The notes beneath the pieces are model-generated. The model was given only the letters and a program-made list of their open reading frames with translations, was not told the DNA's origin and searched no databases. A stretch of DNA of 64,000 bases. It comes from a virus. Its lineage: Duplodnaviria; Heunggongvirae; Uroviricota; Caudoviricetes. The position numbers and the translations under genes are program-made. Where the stretch lies: positions 166,524-230,523 of the IMG/VR virus record IMGVR_UViG_3300028797_000094. The stretch is one strand, 5' to 3'. Of the stretch, positions 1-10,615 are shown in pieces. Every line of letters begins with the position of its first letter. Within the stretch, counting starts at the first letter, position 1.

Positions 1-2
1 TA

Positions 3-2906
3 TCAATTACACAAAATCCTGAAATTACTCCAATTATTAGTAGAAGTTATACTGTTTCTGGTGCAACGGATTCTACATATGGTGTAACAACTACTCAGCC
101 TTCATCTGGAAATTATGCAACATTTGACCCAGGTGCAACAGTAAATAAAGAAGCAAAAGCAAAAGGCCGTGGTACAGTTAATAGAGCAGCAGTTACAAGG
201 GCTGCATTTAGTCAAGATGTAAATTTATCTGCTTTTAGTCAAACAGTAAATAGAGCTGCTGTTACTGATGCTCATACAGCAGGATATATTCCAGCTAAAT
301 CAGCTACAACAGTAATTGATGCAGGAAGTTCAACAGTATCTTTAGCAGCTGCTTCACAAACAGTTAGTTTAGCAGCAGATTCAACAACTATCGGTGCTAC
401 TTCTGAGACATCTAATTATTCTTCTGAAAGCTCATCAACTACTACAGTAAATGCTGGTACAAATATTTATATTCCAGTAGCAGTTGCAACAGCAGCAGGT
501 GGAACGGCATCAGCAAGTGCTTCAATTGCTAAACAACCAAGTGCAAGTGCTAGTGCTACAGCTGGTACAGCTTCAGCTAGTGCCTCTCAATCAGGTATGA
601 CTGCTGGTGTAAGTAGTACTGCTACAAGTTATTATTTTACATCTTCTGCAAGTGCAACAGGTGGCAATGCCTCAGCAAGTGCTGCTTCTGGTTATTCTAC
701 AGCTAGTGCATCTGCAAATGGTGGCTCTGCCTCAGTTGGAAAAGGTATTACTGCTGGAGCATCTGCAAGTGGACAAGCATCAGGTAATAAGTCTGCTACT
801 TCTACTGAAGTAACAGCATCAGACAGTAAAACAGGTGCTAATGCATCAGATAGTTCAACTATATATTTAAAAGCTGCTACATGTACTGTAGCAGGAGGCG
901 GTTTAAGTAAAGGAACTGCAACTGGTGGTGATCTTTCTGGTGGCGGACTTTCTAAAGGAACTGCTACTGGTGGTGGATTATCAGGTGGCGGTCTTAGCAA
1001 AGGTACAGCCTCTGGTGGTGGATTATCAGGTGGTGGTTTAACTAAAGGTGATGGAGCTGTTAATGTATCATCATCAAATGTATCTTTAACTGAGGTTAGT
1101 AGTGCACCAAGTTCTGGCTATTATATTACTGCTACAGGAAGTGGTACAGTTAATCGTGCTACTATAACAAGAGCAGCATTTAGTCAAGATGTAACTCGTG
1201 CAAAAGTTGATAGGGCAGCATTTAGTCAAGATGTAACTCGTGCAAAAGTTAATAGAGCAGCATTTAGTCAAACAGTTACAAGAGCTAATATAACTGATGC
1301 ACATACAGCTGGATATTTACCTGCTAAATCTGCTGCTACAGTTATTGATTCAACTTCTGAAACTGTTAGTTTAGCTGCTGGTAGCATAGCTGCAGATTCT
1401 ACAACTGTTAGTTTAGCTGCTGGAAGCTTAGATTCAACTTCAACAACTGTTAGTTTAGCTGAAGATTCTATCAGTTCAACTTCTGAAACTTCTAATACAG
1501 CTACAAAATATTATACTATTCCAACTGCTACTTTTACAAATGTTACAGTAGTTGATAGCGGTGGTGTACAAATAGTTAGTGGTGCTGGTTATACACCTAC
1601 TAAAAGAATTTCAGCTTTGACTATTCCAGCAAGTAATACATTAACTACTGTAACTCTAACTAGTGGAACAAGTTCAAGTAGAACATATTTAACTAATTTA
1701 AATGTTAACGGTTATACAACTGTAGCAAATTTAAATTTAAGTGGTATTATTACAACACTTACAAATACAAGTGGTATTATTTCAACACTTAGTAATGCTG
1801 GAACAATTACAACATTAAGCGGTACTGGTGCAATAACTACTTATTCAGACACAGGTACTATTACTAATATGATTGGTAGCAGAACTATTACTACATTAGG
1901 TAGCTCTAGTAGTACAGGTACTATTAATGTTACTACTAATGGTTATAATTCTAGTTATAAAGGTTATATTAATGTAACAACTAATACAAATGGTGTAATT
2001 AGACTTGGTGGAACAACTGATGCTGGATCTAATATATATTTTACTGGTTTAGATGGAGTTATTCCTTCTAGCAAATCACTTAGCTCTTTAACAGTTACAG
2101 GAACATTAACATCATTATCTGGTGGTGGAACTGTTAATATTGCTTCTGGAAAAACTTTAACTACACTTGCAAATGCAGGTACTATTACAACATTAAATGG
2201 AGCTGGTTCAATAACTACTTTAGGTGGAAGTGGAACTATCGGAACATTCTCTAGAACTGGTAATATTACAACATATTCTGGAACTGGTACAATTTCTAAT
2301 ATGACAGGAAGTAGAACTATTACAACATTAGGCTCTTCTAGTACTGCCGGTACTGTTAATATTACTAATAATGGATATTCTGGCTCTTATAAAGGTACTG
2401 TAAACATAACAACAAATACAAACGGTACTGTTAGAATCGGTGGTACTACAGATGCAGGATCTAATATATATTTCACTGCTTTAAATGGAACTGTACCTTC
2501 AGGAAAAACTCTAACATCACTTACAAATAGTGGAACAATTACAACATATTATGGTAGTGGTACAATCACTAATTTAGGCTCATCTAGTTCAGCAGCAACT
2601 ATGAATATTACAACAAATACTTATGGTACAGTTAAAGTTGCTGGTGGTGCTGGTACAACAACAGGTGGTAGTTCTATTATTAATAAGACTGTTAAAGTAT
2701 CATTAGGTAATTCATCTAGTGCAGTAGCAACAACAGTTACTGATGCTGATGGCTTCTATATTTCTTCAGTTAGTAATGGTACTACATTAGCAAGCTTATT
2801 AACAGATGGTAATCATAAAGGAATTTATTATAAATTTACTGGTACTACAGGAACTTATAGTACTTTATATTTTAGAAATGGAAATGTTTATAGTCAAGAA
2901 AATTAG
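3..2906 (+). CDS. 5'-truncated Gly/Ser/Thr/Ala-rich repeat protein, probable virion fibre or beta-solenoid structural protein (at least 967 aa)
   Basis: The frame of track ORF 597..2906 is open back to position 3. It carries GTITTL-type repeats, 13-aa and 15-aa tandem repeats and a duplicated domain of about 85 aa. It ends in TAG and has no Trp codon of either kind. Confidence 0.6.
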   Translation, partial: SITQNPEITPIISRSYTVSGATDSTYGVTTTQPSSGNYATFDPGATVNKEAKAKGRGTVNRAAVTRAAFSQDVNLSAFSQTVNRAAVTDAHTAGYIPAKSATTVIDAGSSTVSLAAASQTVSLAADSTTIGATSETSNYSSESSSTTTVNAGTNIYIPVAVATAAGGTASASASIAKQPSASASATAGTASASASQSGMTAGVSSTATSYYFTSSASATGGNASASAASGYSTASASANGGSASVGKGITAGASASGQASGNKSATSTEVTASDSKTGANASDSSTIYLKAATCTVAGGGLSKGTATGGDLSGGGLSKGTATGGGLSGGGLSKGTASGGGLSGGGLTKGDGAVNVSSSNVSLTEVSSAPSSGYYITATGSGTVNRATITRAAFSQDVTRAKVDRAAFSQDVTRAKVNRAAFSQTVTRANITDAHTAGYLPAKSAATVIDSTSETVSLAAGSIAADSTTVSLAAGSLDSTSTTVSLAEDSISSTSETSNTATKYYTIPTATFTNVTVVDSGGVQIVSGAGYTPTKRISALTIPASNTLTTVTLTSGTSSSRTYLTNLNVNGYTTVANLNLSGIITTLTNTSGIISTLSNAGTITTLSGTGAITTYSDTGTITNMIGSRTITTLGSSSSTGTINVTTNGYNSSYKGYINVTTNTNGVIRLGGTTDAGSNIYFTGLDGVIPSSKSLSSLTVTGTLTSLSGGGTVNIASGKTLTTLANAGTITTLNGAGSITTLGGSGTIGTFSRTGNITTYSGTGTISNMTGSRTITTLGSSSTAGTVNITNNGYSGSYKGTVNITTNTNGTVRIGGTTDAGSNIYFTALNGTVPSGKTLTSLTNSGTITTYYGSGTITNLGSSSSAATMNITTNTYGTVKVAGGAGTTTGGSSIINKTVKVSLGNSSSAVATTVTDADGFYISSVSNGTTLASLLTDGNHKGIYYKFTGTTGTYSTLYFRNGNVYSQEN
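894..1049 (+). repeat. About 3.5 tandem copies of a 45-nt unit (GGGLSKGTATGGxLS)
   Basis: Visible directly in the translation and in the DNA. Confidence 0.85.
1170..1290 (+). repeat. Tandem 39-nt coding repeat (RAAFSQDVTRAKV)
   Basis: GCAGCATTTAGTCAAGATGTAACTCGTGCAAAAGTT occurs twice, followed by a diverged third copy. A related block lies at about 175-420. Confidence 0.85.
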
Positions 2907-2920
2907 AAAGGATAATATTT

Positions 2921-5578
2921 ATGGCACTTATTGAACATATAAGAAATAGTTTAGTAGACAGTACTGGTAAAATTCGTGAATATTATCTAGCTGAAAATGT
3001 AGATGATGCTTGATTTCAACAAGTAGTTTGTCTTTTAAGTGAATTAAAAACTGTACGAATTTCTATAAATAATGGAAGTTCTTGAACTACTGTAACTAGC
3101 CGTGGTAATGTAAATTTATGTGAATTATTTTATGGCTCTGGTACTAGCAGAGTTTTGCCAGCAAATGCAAATGTAATAATAGAAATAAGTGAATATGTAG
3201 CCCCAGTTGATTATTCTGGTAATGGCTATTATAATAGTGCGAGTATAACTACTGGTGGAACTACTTATACTCCAGTTAGCAATCGTATAACTGTTCCAGT
3301 AAATAAGATAACTAAGACAATAGCAGATGTAAAAGGAACACCAGAAACTTCAACAATTACTATTGATTTTCCTTTACATGTTGAATCTGTTTCTATTGTA
3401 TATAAAGATAAAAATGGTCAAGAACAAACACTTAATATGACTAGAGCTCAATATGATGCTTATATTCAAACTTATGGAACGCATCCAACTTTAGAGTGTT
3501 GATCAGGAACAAGTGCTAGTGTAACTAAAACATATGAAGCTGGTTATGAATCAGGTGGAAGCAGTACAACTGAAACTGATTGAGCTATTGGTAGACCTAG
3601 TGGTGGAACACAAGGTGGAAGTGGTAATGTTTATTATATAGATGATGAAGGTCAAGTTTCAGATGATCCAGCAGATTTAGGTGATCTTGGTGATGATGAA
3701 AGCCCAGCAGTAGAATCATTTACATTTACTTTGACAAAGAACTCGCATATTGATACTATTAAAATTTGAAGAACAAGTTCTCCTTATCAAGGAGCTGCAA
3801 CTTCAACAGAAAGTAGTCCATTAATTAATGGTACTGGAACTGCAACTATTTATTATGGTGATGTTTTAGCTGGTAAAGCTTATGCTGCTACTGGATATCA
3901 TTTTGGTTCATTGAACTCTAATACAACATCTACTTTTTCAAATGCTAGTGTTACAGCAAATGACTCTTGGAGTCCAACTGTTAACTTAAATAGCTACAGT
4001 ATTAAATTCTTAGGCCCAACATCAGGATATGGTAGTTGGAATGTAGATGAAATAGATGCTTATCATGGTGATGCTATCTCAAGAAGCTCTAATACAGTAA
4101 CAATTACAGGAAGAGGCAGCTCTACATTTACACCACCTTCTAATACTGCTCAATATTACTATACTGTAACTTATCCAACTATTTCATCACCTGTTACTGC
4201 TGCAGCAAGTATTAGACCAACAGTTACTCGAAATACTCAAACATATACTATTACTTTAACAAATGAAAACGGCTACTGGGAACAAGGTGCTACTACTATA
4301 ACACAAATTACTAATGTGCCTTATGGTACAGCAATTAGTAAATCAGGAACTACTTTAACAGTAGGCTCTACTAATTATAGTTTTAATGCTAATAGTGCTA
4401 CGGCACAATATACTTATTCTAATCCTCAGATAGTTGCTTTTGCTGGCTCAACTGTAACAGGTAATATGACAATACATGGAAAAGCAACTGCTAATTTAAG
4501 ATCTTATACTGTAACATTAAGTAGTACTAATGGTTATTGAAAAAATTCTGGTGGCACTACAGTAACAACAGCTGGTAGTCGTAGTTATGGAACTACTATG
4601 AGCAAATCAGGAACTACTTTAACTGTTGGGTCTGATACTTATACATTTAATGCTAATGCTAATACAGCTCAGTATAATTATACTAATCCAACAATTGGAA
4701 CAGTACCTTCAACAGTAACTGGTGCACATACAATTTCTGGCTCAGCTACTAGAACACTAAGATCATATACAGTAACAATCTATTATCATTTTGAAGGAAC
4801 TCCTCTATGGTCAGATAATCGTGTCTTTAATTATGGCACACAAGTAAATCCAGATATATATTTTGAAAATTATTCTGATAGTAATTATACATATAGTACT
4901 GCAACTTATGATAATCCACAACAAGATAGTGACTTTGAAGTAACTGGTGATAGAACAGTTTCTGTACATTATATTAATAGAACATTTACTGGTACGGCTA
5001 CTATAACATTTACAAATCCAAATTATGGATACTGAGATTATAATAGTAAAACTGCAACAGCTAATGATTATTTATATATAAGTGGAAATACTGTTACTTG
5101 TAGAATTGGTAGCTCTAGTGGTTCAACTAGATGAACTAATACACTACATCCAGATCCTCAAGATGATGAATTTACTTATACAGCTAGTATAACAAGTTCT
5201 TCTCGTACTGTTAATACTGCTAGTATAAGTATTTCAAGCTCTTCAAGCTATGACTATAGATATTACTATATTCCAGTTACAATATATTTCTATGTTGATG
5301 GTACATATCATCATCAAGCTACAGCTGCTCAATTTGGTCCTGTAACTTACTGAGAGACTTTAAACTCAGAAACAGCTGAGGATATTGGTGGTGTTCCAAG
5401 TTCATTCCAGGTAGAAGGACCAGGAGAAGGTGATCTTAGAGAAGCCACTCTTAGCTATGCACGTATTTCAACATCATCTGATGGAAAGTATAGCTCTACT
5501 TGAAGTGGTCGACCAGTTGAAGTAAGTAGATTTTATGTAAAAGCTTATTATATTACAAATGGTGGAGATGGAGACTAG
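2921..5578 (+). CDS. 885-aa virion-type protein with repeated beta-rich domains (TGA read as Trp)
   Basis: ATG follows an AAAGGA RBS. Track ORFs 3155, 3911 and 4598 share one frame, broken only by about 10 TGA; the gene ends in TAG. Internal repeats align NGY-TGG (4277) with NGY-TGA (4538). Confidence 0.8.
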
Positions 5579-5592
5579 AAAGGAAATTATTT

Positions 5593-7230
5593 ATGAATAG
5601 AGAAGACTTATTTAATATTATAAAAAATTCAAGTTCAGAATATAATACTATTTCAAAGATAGAGAATTTAACGGAAAAATTACCAACACTAAATTCTACA
5701 GATTTTAAAGTATTAACTGAAAATCCTATACTACTTAAAATTATTAGAAATTATTTAGCAAACGCAGAAGATTTAGAAGATGATTTTAAAGATTTATTAG
5801 AAAGAATTATTAAAGAAGTTCCAAGCAATCCGATTATTATTGGCGTTGCTGGAACTTGAGGTAAAACCACAACTTGTAATTTATTATATAAATACTTAAG
5901 AGCTATCGGAAAGCATGCTTGTTTAATAAGTAGTTCTAAAATTGAATGTCCATTTTTTAAGTATGATAGTAATAATTCTCATATTAATACTATTTCAGAT
6001 AATAACTATATTAAAGAATTTGTAAAAAAAGCATTAATGTCTAATCCTGATTATATTATTATTGAAGTACATGAATTAGAAATTTGCAAACGTCAAGCTA
6101 ATTATAATGGTACTATGGCTACTCAAGCCTTTAGAAATTTAGCACCAGGACAAACTATTTTGGATGATATTCCTTTTGATTATAAAATTTTAACTAGTTT
6201 TGAGGAAGCTGTTGTTATGTCAGCATTTCCAAATGAAGATATAGTAATAGCAATAAAAGATTTTATTATTCCACAAGAAAATCAAGTTAGTTTTATTAAT
6301 CTTAATGGTTGCAGTAATGCAGAAGCTATTTATAATTCTTGCAAGTCTGGTAATCTTAAATGGCAAGCATCTACAATTTTAGCGAGACATCAAAATTTAT
6401 ATAATATATTAAAAAATGAAAATAAAATATATAGTGAGATTACAAACTTTTTTACTAATATTGATGGATGTGATGTTTCTTTTGACCTTAATGGTACTAC
6501 TTATATAAGTACAATTTCTAATAAATTTGAAATTGCAGTAGATGCTGTATCAGTTGCAAGTATTTTAGAATATTTAAATTTATTTGATAAAACAGTTTTT
6601 GATAATTGTCTTGCAACACTTAAACAAGCTGATCAAATTATAAAACTTACAAACAATAGAAAAATTATTATTACTCAAAATAATTATATTGATTATACTA
6701 ATGTGTATAAACTTCATGAAATAAATCCAGATGCATTTGCGGGAAAACCACAAAATAGTAAAGTTATTGTAATACAAAGTTCTCCATCAAGATATGGTTA
6801 TGGTATTGGTACATATGAAGAGTATATTAGTAGTAAAGCTGCCGTAGAACCAATTAGAAAGCATGATTGAATTGATAGTAATTGTTGACAGTATGTAGAT
6901 AAGCTAATTATTACTCCTGATAGCCCTGGTGAAGTAACACCAGAACAAGCTTGTGCAGATGTTAAAGAAATTTATGATAAATATTTACCAAAAGAAAATA
7001 CTTTAGAAATAGTAGAAGAAACTGATAGAAAATTAGCAATTAGTCAGGCTGTAGCAAATTTAGAAACAAATGATATTTTAATTATTAGTGGACGTGGTAC
7101 ACGTACTCAGTATTTTTGTAAAGCAGATAAAAAAATACATAATGGTCATGAAGTTATATTATTTTCAGATTTATCAATAGTATTACAAACTATTAATGAT
7201 ATATTTGGAATGGACACTATAATTGGATAG
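5593..7230 (+). CDS. Mur-ligase-like (MurE-type) ATP-dependent amide ligase 1, 545 aa (TGA read as Trp)
   Basis: P-loop GVAGT[TGA]GKTT, IIIE motif, and C-terminal DRKLAISQAV..NDILIISGRG. Three TGA, one inside the P-loop; ends in TAG. Confidence 0.75.
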
Positions 7231-7244
7231 GAGATTTTCAATAT

Positions 7245-8498
7245 ATGATACTATATGAATATATTAATGATAAAACATTAGATGAGAATAAGGTAAATAA
7301 TATAAAAATTATTGGTGTTACTGGATCTGCTGGCAAATCTTCTGTAATTACATTATTACATAAATTTTTTATAGCAAATAATATAAATGTTGCAAGTTTT
7401 TCTACTATAGGTACCTATATAAATAATGATAATATTCAAAAAAATAATACTTATTCTTCTATAGCAACTAAAAATGCTCTAATTAAATTTATATATCAAG
7501 CATACTTAAATAATTGTGAGTATATTATTATAGAATTGACGGCTGAAAATTCTTCTCAGACTTTTTGAGAAAATTTACCTTTTGAAATAATTGCAATTAC
7601 AAATTTAATCGGAGATCATTACTGACATTTTGACTCGGTTGAAAATTATATTAAAGCAAAAGCAAATTATTTTAATAATAATGTTAAATATAAAATAATA
7701 AATAATTTTGGTGAACTTGCTGATGAATATTCAGAGTGTGTTCCAGAAGCTCAAGATGAAATTCCTCAATTGCTGCAATATATTAAAAATAAACAAAATA
7801 TTTATTATTTTGGAAATCATCAAACAGATAATTTAGTGTTAGAACAATATAGCTTAATGCAGGATACTTTTAAAGCGTGTCTAAAAATTAATAAATATAA
7901 AGATACTATTTATACAAATTTATTTGGTAAAAGTAATATTGAAAATGTTTTATGTTATCTAGCAATATTAGATAATCTGGCATTACTAGATTTTGATAAC
8001 TATAATATTATAAACTTTTTACAAGAAGTTACAATAGATGGTAGAAGTGAATTGATAACTATTAATGAAAGATTTATATTTATAGATACATTTTATGAAG
8101 ATTTAGCTGGGGCTCGAACTGCACTAGATTATATTCAAAATAAAAATCCTATTGTAGTATTAGCTACTGGTTGTTTAGGAGAAATTGAACCGCTGTTAAA
8201 AACTTATTGATTAAATTGCAAAAATTTAATTTTAACTAGAACTTTTCGCTATTCTTTATTATTAGAAAAATGTCATATTAAAGCATTAGCGCATTATTAC
8301 AGAAATTTAGGTGATAAGGTTATTATTGAGTATGACAGATATGAAGCTGTTAAAAAAGCTTGTGAATTATCACAACCAGGTGATTATATTATTTTATTAG
8401 GTAAAGGCACAGAAAGATATCATAAAGAAAGCCAAGATGAGACAAATATAGTATGAGAAACTGATAAAGAAGTTGCTCAGCATTATTTAGGAGAGTAA
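7245..8498 (+). CDS. Mur-ligase-like protein 2, 417 aa (TGA read as Trp)
   Basis: GVTGSAGKSS, TNLIGDHY[TGA]H (compare MurE TNLxxDHLDYH), DGRSE and DRYEAVKKA..PGDYIILLGKGTE. Four TGA; ends in TAA. Confidence 0.85.
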
Positions 8499-8499
8499 T

Positions 8500-9297
8500 A
8501 TGATATATGTAAAAATAAATACTTCTACTATGTGTTCACCAGATGAACAAGACTCTATAGCTATATCAAAATTTGATTATTTTAAACTAAACTGTGGCGC
8601 ATTGATATGAGAAAATAATATATTAGTACAAAATCCTGAATTTATACAAAATTTTTTTACTGAACAAGTTTATGGAGTAGAAATAGAATTTTCTTGTAAA
8701 GAAATTTATAATTTATATTTAGCTTTAAATAAAGCCGGTATAAAATATGTAATTAGTAATAAAGCTCATGAAGCAGATTATGAAAATATTGTCATTAAGC
8801 CAGAGATTAGTGTAAAGCATGGTTATGAAATTAATTTTCCACCTGCTTATTCTAGAATTTCTGATGTGCTAAGTATTATCAGCCAATATGTAAAAATCAC
8901 AAAAAATTGTGCTTTACATGTACATATAAGCGACCCGAGATTACATATTGATATTCTTCCAACATTTACTGAGAAATATAAGCAATATGAATTGACAAAC
9001 ATAGCTTTACTCAAGGAACATAATTTATATCATATTTATAGTAGCATAGATTTAACAGCTGATGAGCTAAAGTCAATAGAGCAAGAAAGTCTTGTTACTA
9101 ATTATAATAATATTGAATCATTATTTGATAGAAGAAGACTAACTTTAAACGTATTTAAGGCTTTTAAAAGACATAGAACAGTAGAATTTCGTTTATATAA
9201 GTCTACTCTTGATTATACTGAATTAATGTTTTGTGTAAATAATGCAATAGAGATTGTAAATAATTGCTTAGCTGATATAAATAAAGAGACAGAATAA
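8500..9297 (+). CDS. Putative amidoligase (COOH-NH2 ligase family), 265 aa (one TGA)
   Basis: YGVEIEF, NCALHVHIS and TVEFRL motifs. The frame is open from ATG 8500 apart from a single TGA at 8608. Confidence 0.7.
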
Positions 9298-9310
9298 TCT
9301 GTCTCTTTTT
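9285..9310 (+). terminator. Intrinsic terminator
   Basis: AGAGACAGA-ATAA-TCTGTCTCT followed by a T tract; identical 26-mer at 10548. Confidence 0.85.
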
Positions 9311-9322
9311 ATTTATTTATTT

Positions 9323-9338
9323 TTTGCTAAATTATATG
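9323..9338 (+). promoter_or_regulatory. Putative late-type promoter motif TTTGCTAAATTATATG
   Basis: Intergenic, and recurs near 13432 (minus), 26600, 54304 and 55407, with a variant at 48974. Confidence 0.5.
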
Positions 9339-9389
9339 GAATATAAAACTTTAGTTTTATTTTAAGTGTCTAAAGGAGAAAATAAAATT

Positions 9390-10541
9390 ATGACTATTGA
9401 TCAAGTACAAAAATTATTATTAGATGGTTATATTACAGCTGAAGAAAGTGATTCTTTGCTATATGAATATACTATTTGAGATGAAAATACCCATACAGTT
9501 CTTAATAACCCAGCATGACATCAACCAGACCTAAAAACAATTAAAAAGATTGGTATAACTGGCAGCTTTGGAAAAACTTGTACCTGTGAAATACTTTATC
9601 AGTATTTACGAGCTAAAGGAAAAAGTTGTTTATTACTGTGTACAAATGGTATATTTATAAATGATAGAACTGTTCAAAAAGATTTTTTAGCTACATCTTT
9701 CTCAAAAGCAATGCTTTTAAAGTTATTAAATGGTCTATGTGGGGCAAATTCTATAGATTATGTAATTATTGAATTAGCAGCTGAATTAACTACTTATTTT
9801 AATAATAATCTTTTTATTGATTATATACAATTAGATATTACAGGTTTAACTTTCTTTTCACAAAATTTAACTGCTCATTTTAATAATGATACAGCATTTT
9901 ATCAAAGATGTAAGGATAAAGTACTTGGATTAGCTCCAATACGTTTTGTACCTTCAACCTGCACAGAATTTAATTATACAGATATTTTTGAAAATGTAGA
10001 AAGCTTTAGAAATTATAATAAAAGTCAATTAAGAAACTGATCACTCGCAAAAGCAATATTACAAAAATTAGGTGAATATACTATTCCAGAAGAAGAAATT
10101 CCAAATTTCTATATTCGTGGCCGTTATGAAGATTTTTTAAATAATAAAATTATAATTGATACTTGTTGAAGTGGAATACGACATTTATGTGAATGCTATA
10201 AGCCATTAAATAAAAAATTTAGAGTAATATATGTACCTATTTTTTGACCAGACATTAATCAATCTATAATAAATTATAGGCGACGTCAATTACCAACTTT
10301 AGCAAGTTGTGAACATGTTTATATAACTGATCCGAAAGAAATTACTGTAGAAAAAGATTTAGATTTTTATAAAGATTTTTTACCAGAAGATCACAGTAAT
10401 TTTGAATATATTTTTGGCTGGGAAAATTGTGTACGAAAAGCTATAAATGAATTACAAGATGATGAAATTTTATTAATAGCTTGTAGAGAAAACTTTAGAG
10501 CTTTTAGACATATCTTGGTTGATTTATTAGATAAAGAATAA
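9390..10541 (+). CDS. Mur-ligase-like protein 3, 383 aa, divergent (TGA read as Trp)
   Basis: AAAGGAG RBS, GITGSFGKTCT P-loop, VIIE and IRGRYE motifs. Five TGA; ends in TAA. Confidence 0.7.
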
Positions 10542-10573
10542 AAAAATAGAGACAGAATAATCTGTCTCTTTTT
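10541..10573. terminator. Bidirectional intrinsic terminator between convergent genes
   Basis: A tract, then the AGAGACAGA hairpin, then a T tract. Confidence 0.8.
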
Positions 10574-10615
10574 AATTTGCAATTTTAAGCTCAAAATTTG
10601 CTCAATTTCGCATTT

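Noticed and set aside
1800-2500. Diversity-generating retroelement template/variable repeat pair, or a CRISPR array, among the repeats
   Set aside because: The repeats are in-frame coding duplications with no evident adenine-specific mismatch pattern. There is no reverse transcriptase and no repeat-spacer periodicity anywhere in the window.
5593-10541. Mur-fold genes as FolC folylpolyglutamate synthases serving the folate operon
   Set aside because: The C-terminal DR..AI...GD...GKG pattern is MurE-like, and the genes lie in TGA-gated late units away from the folate cluster. It remains testable by HMM.
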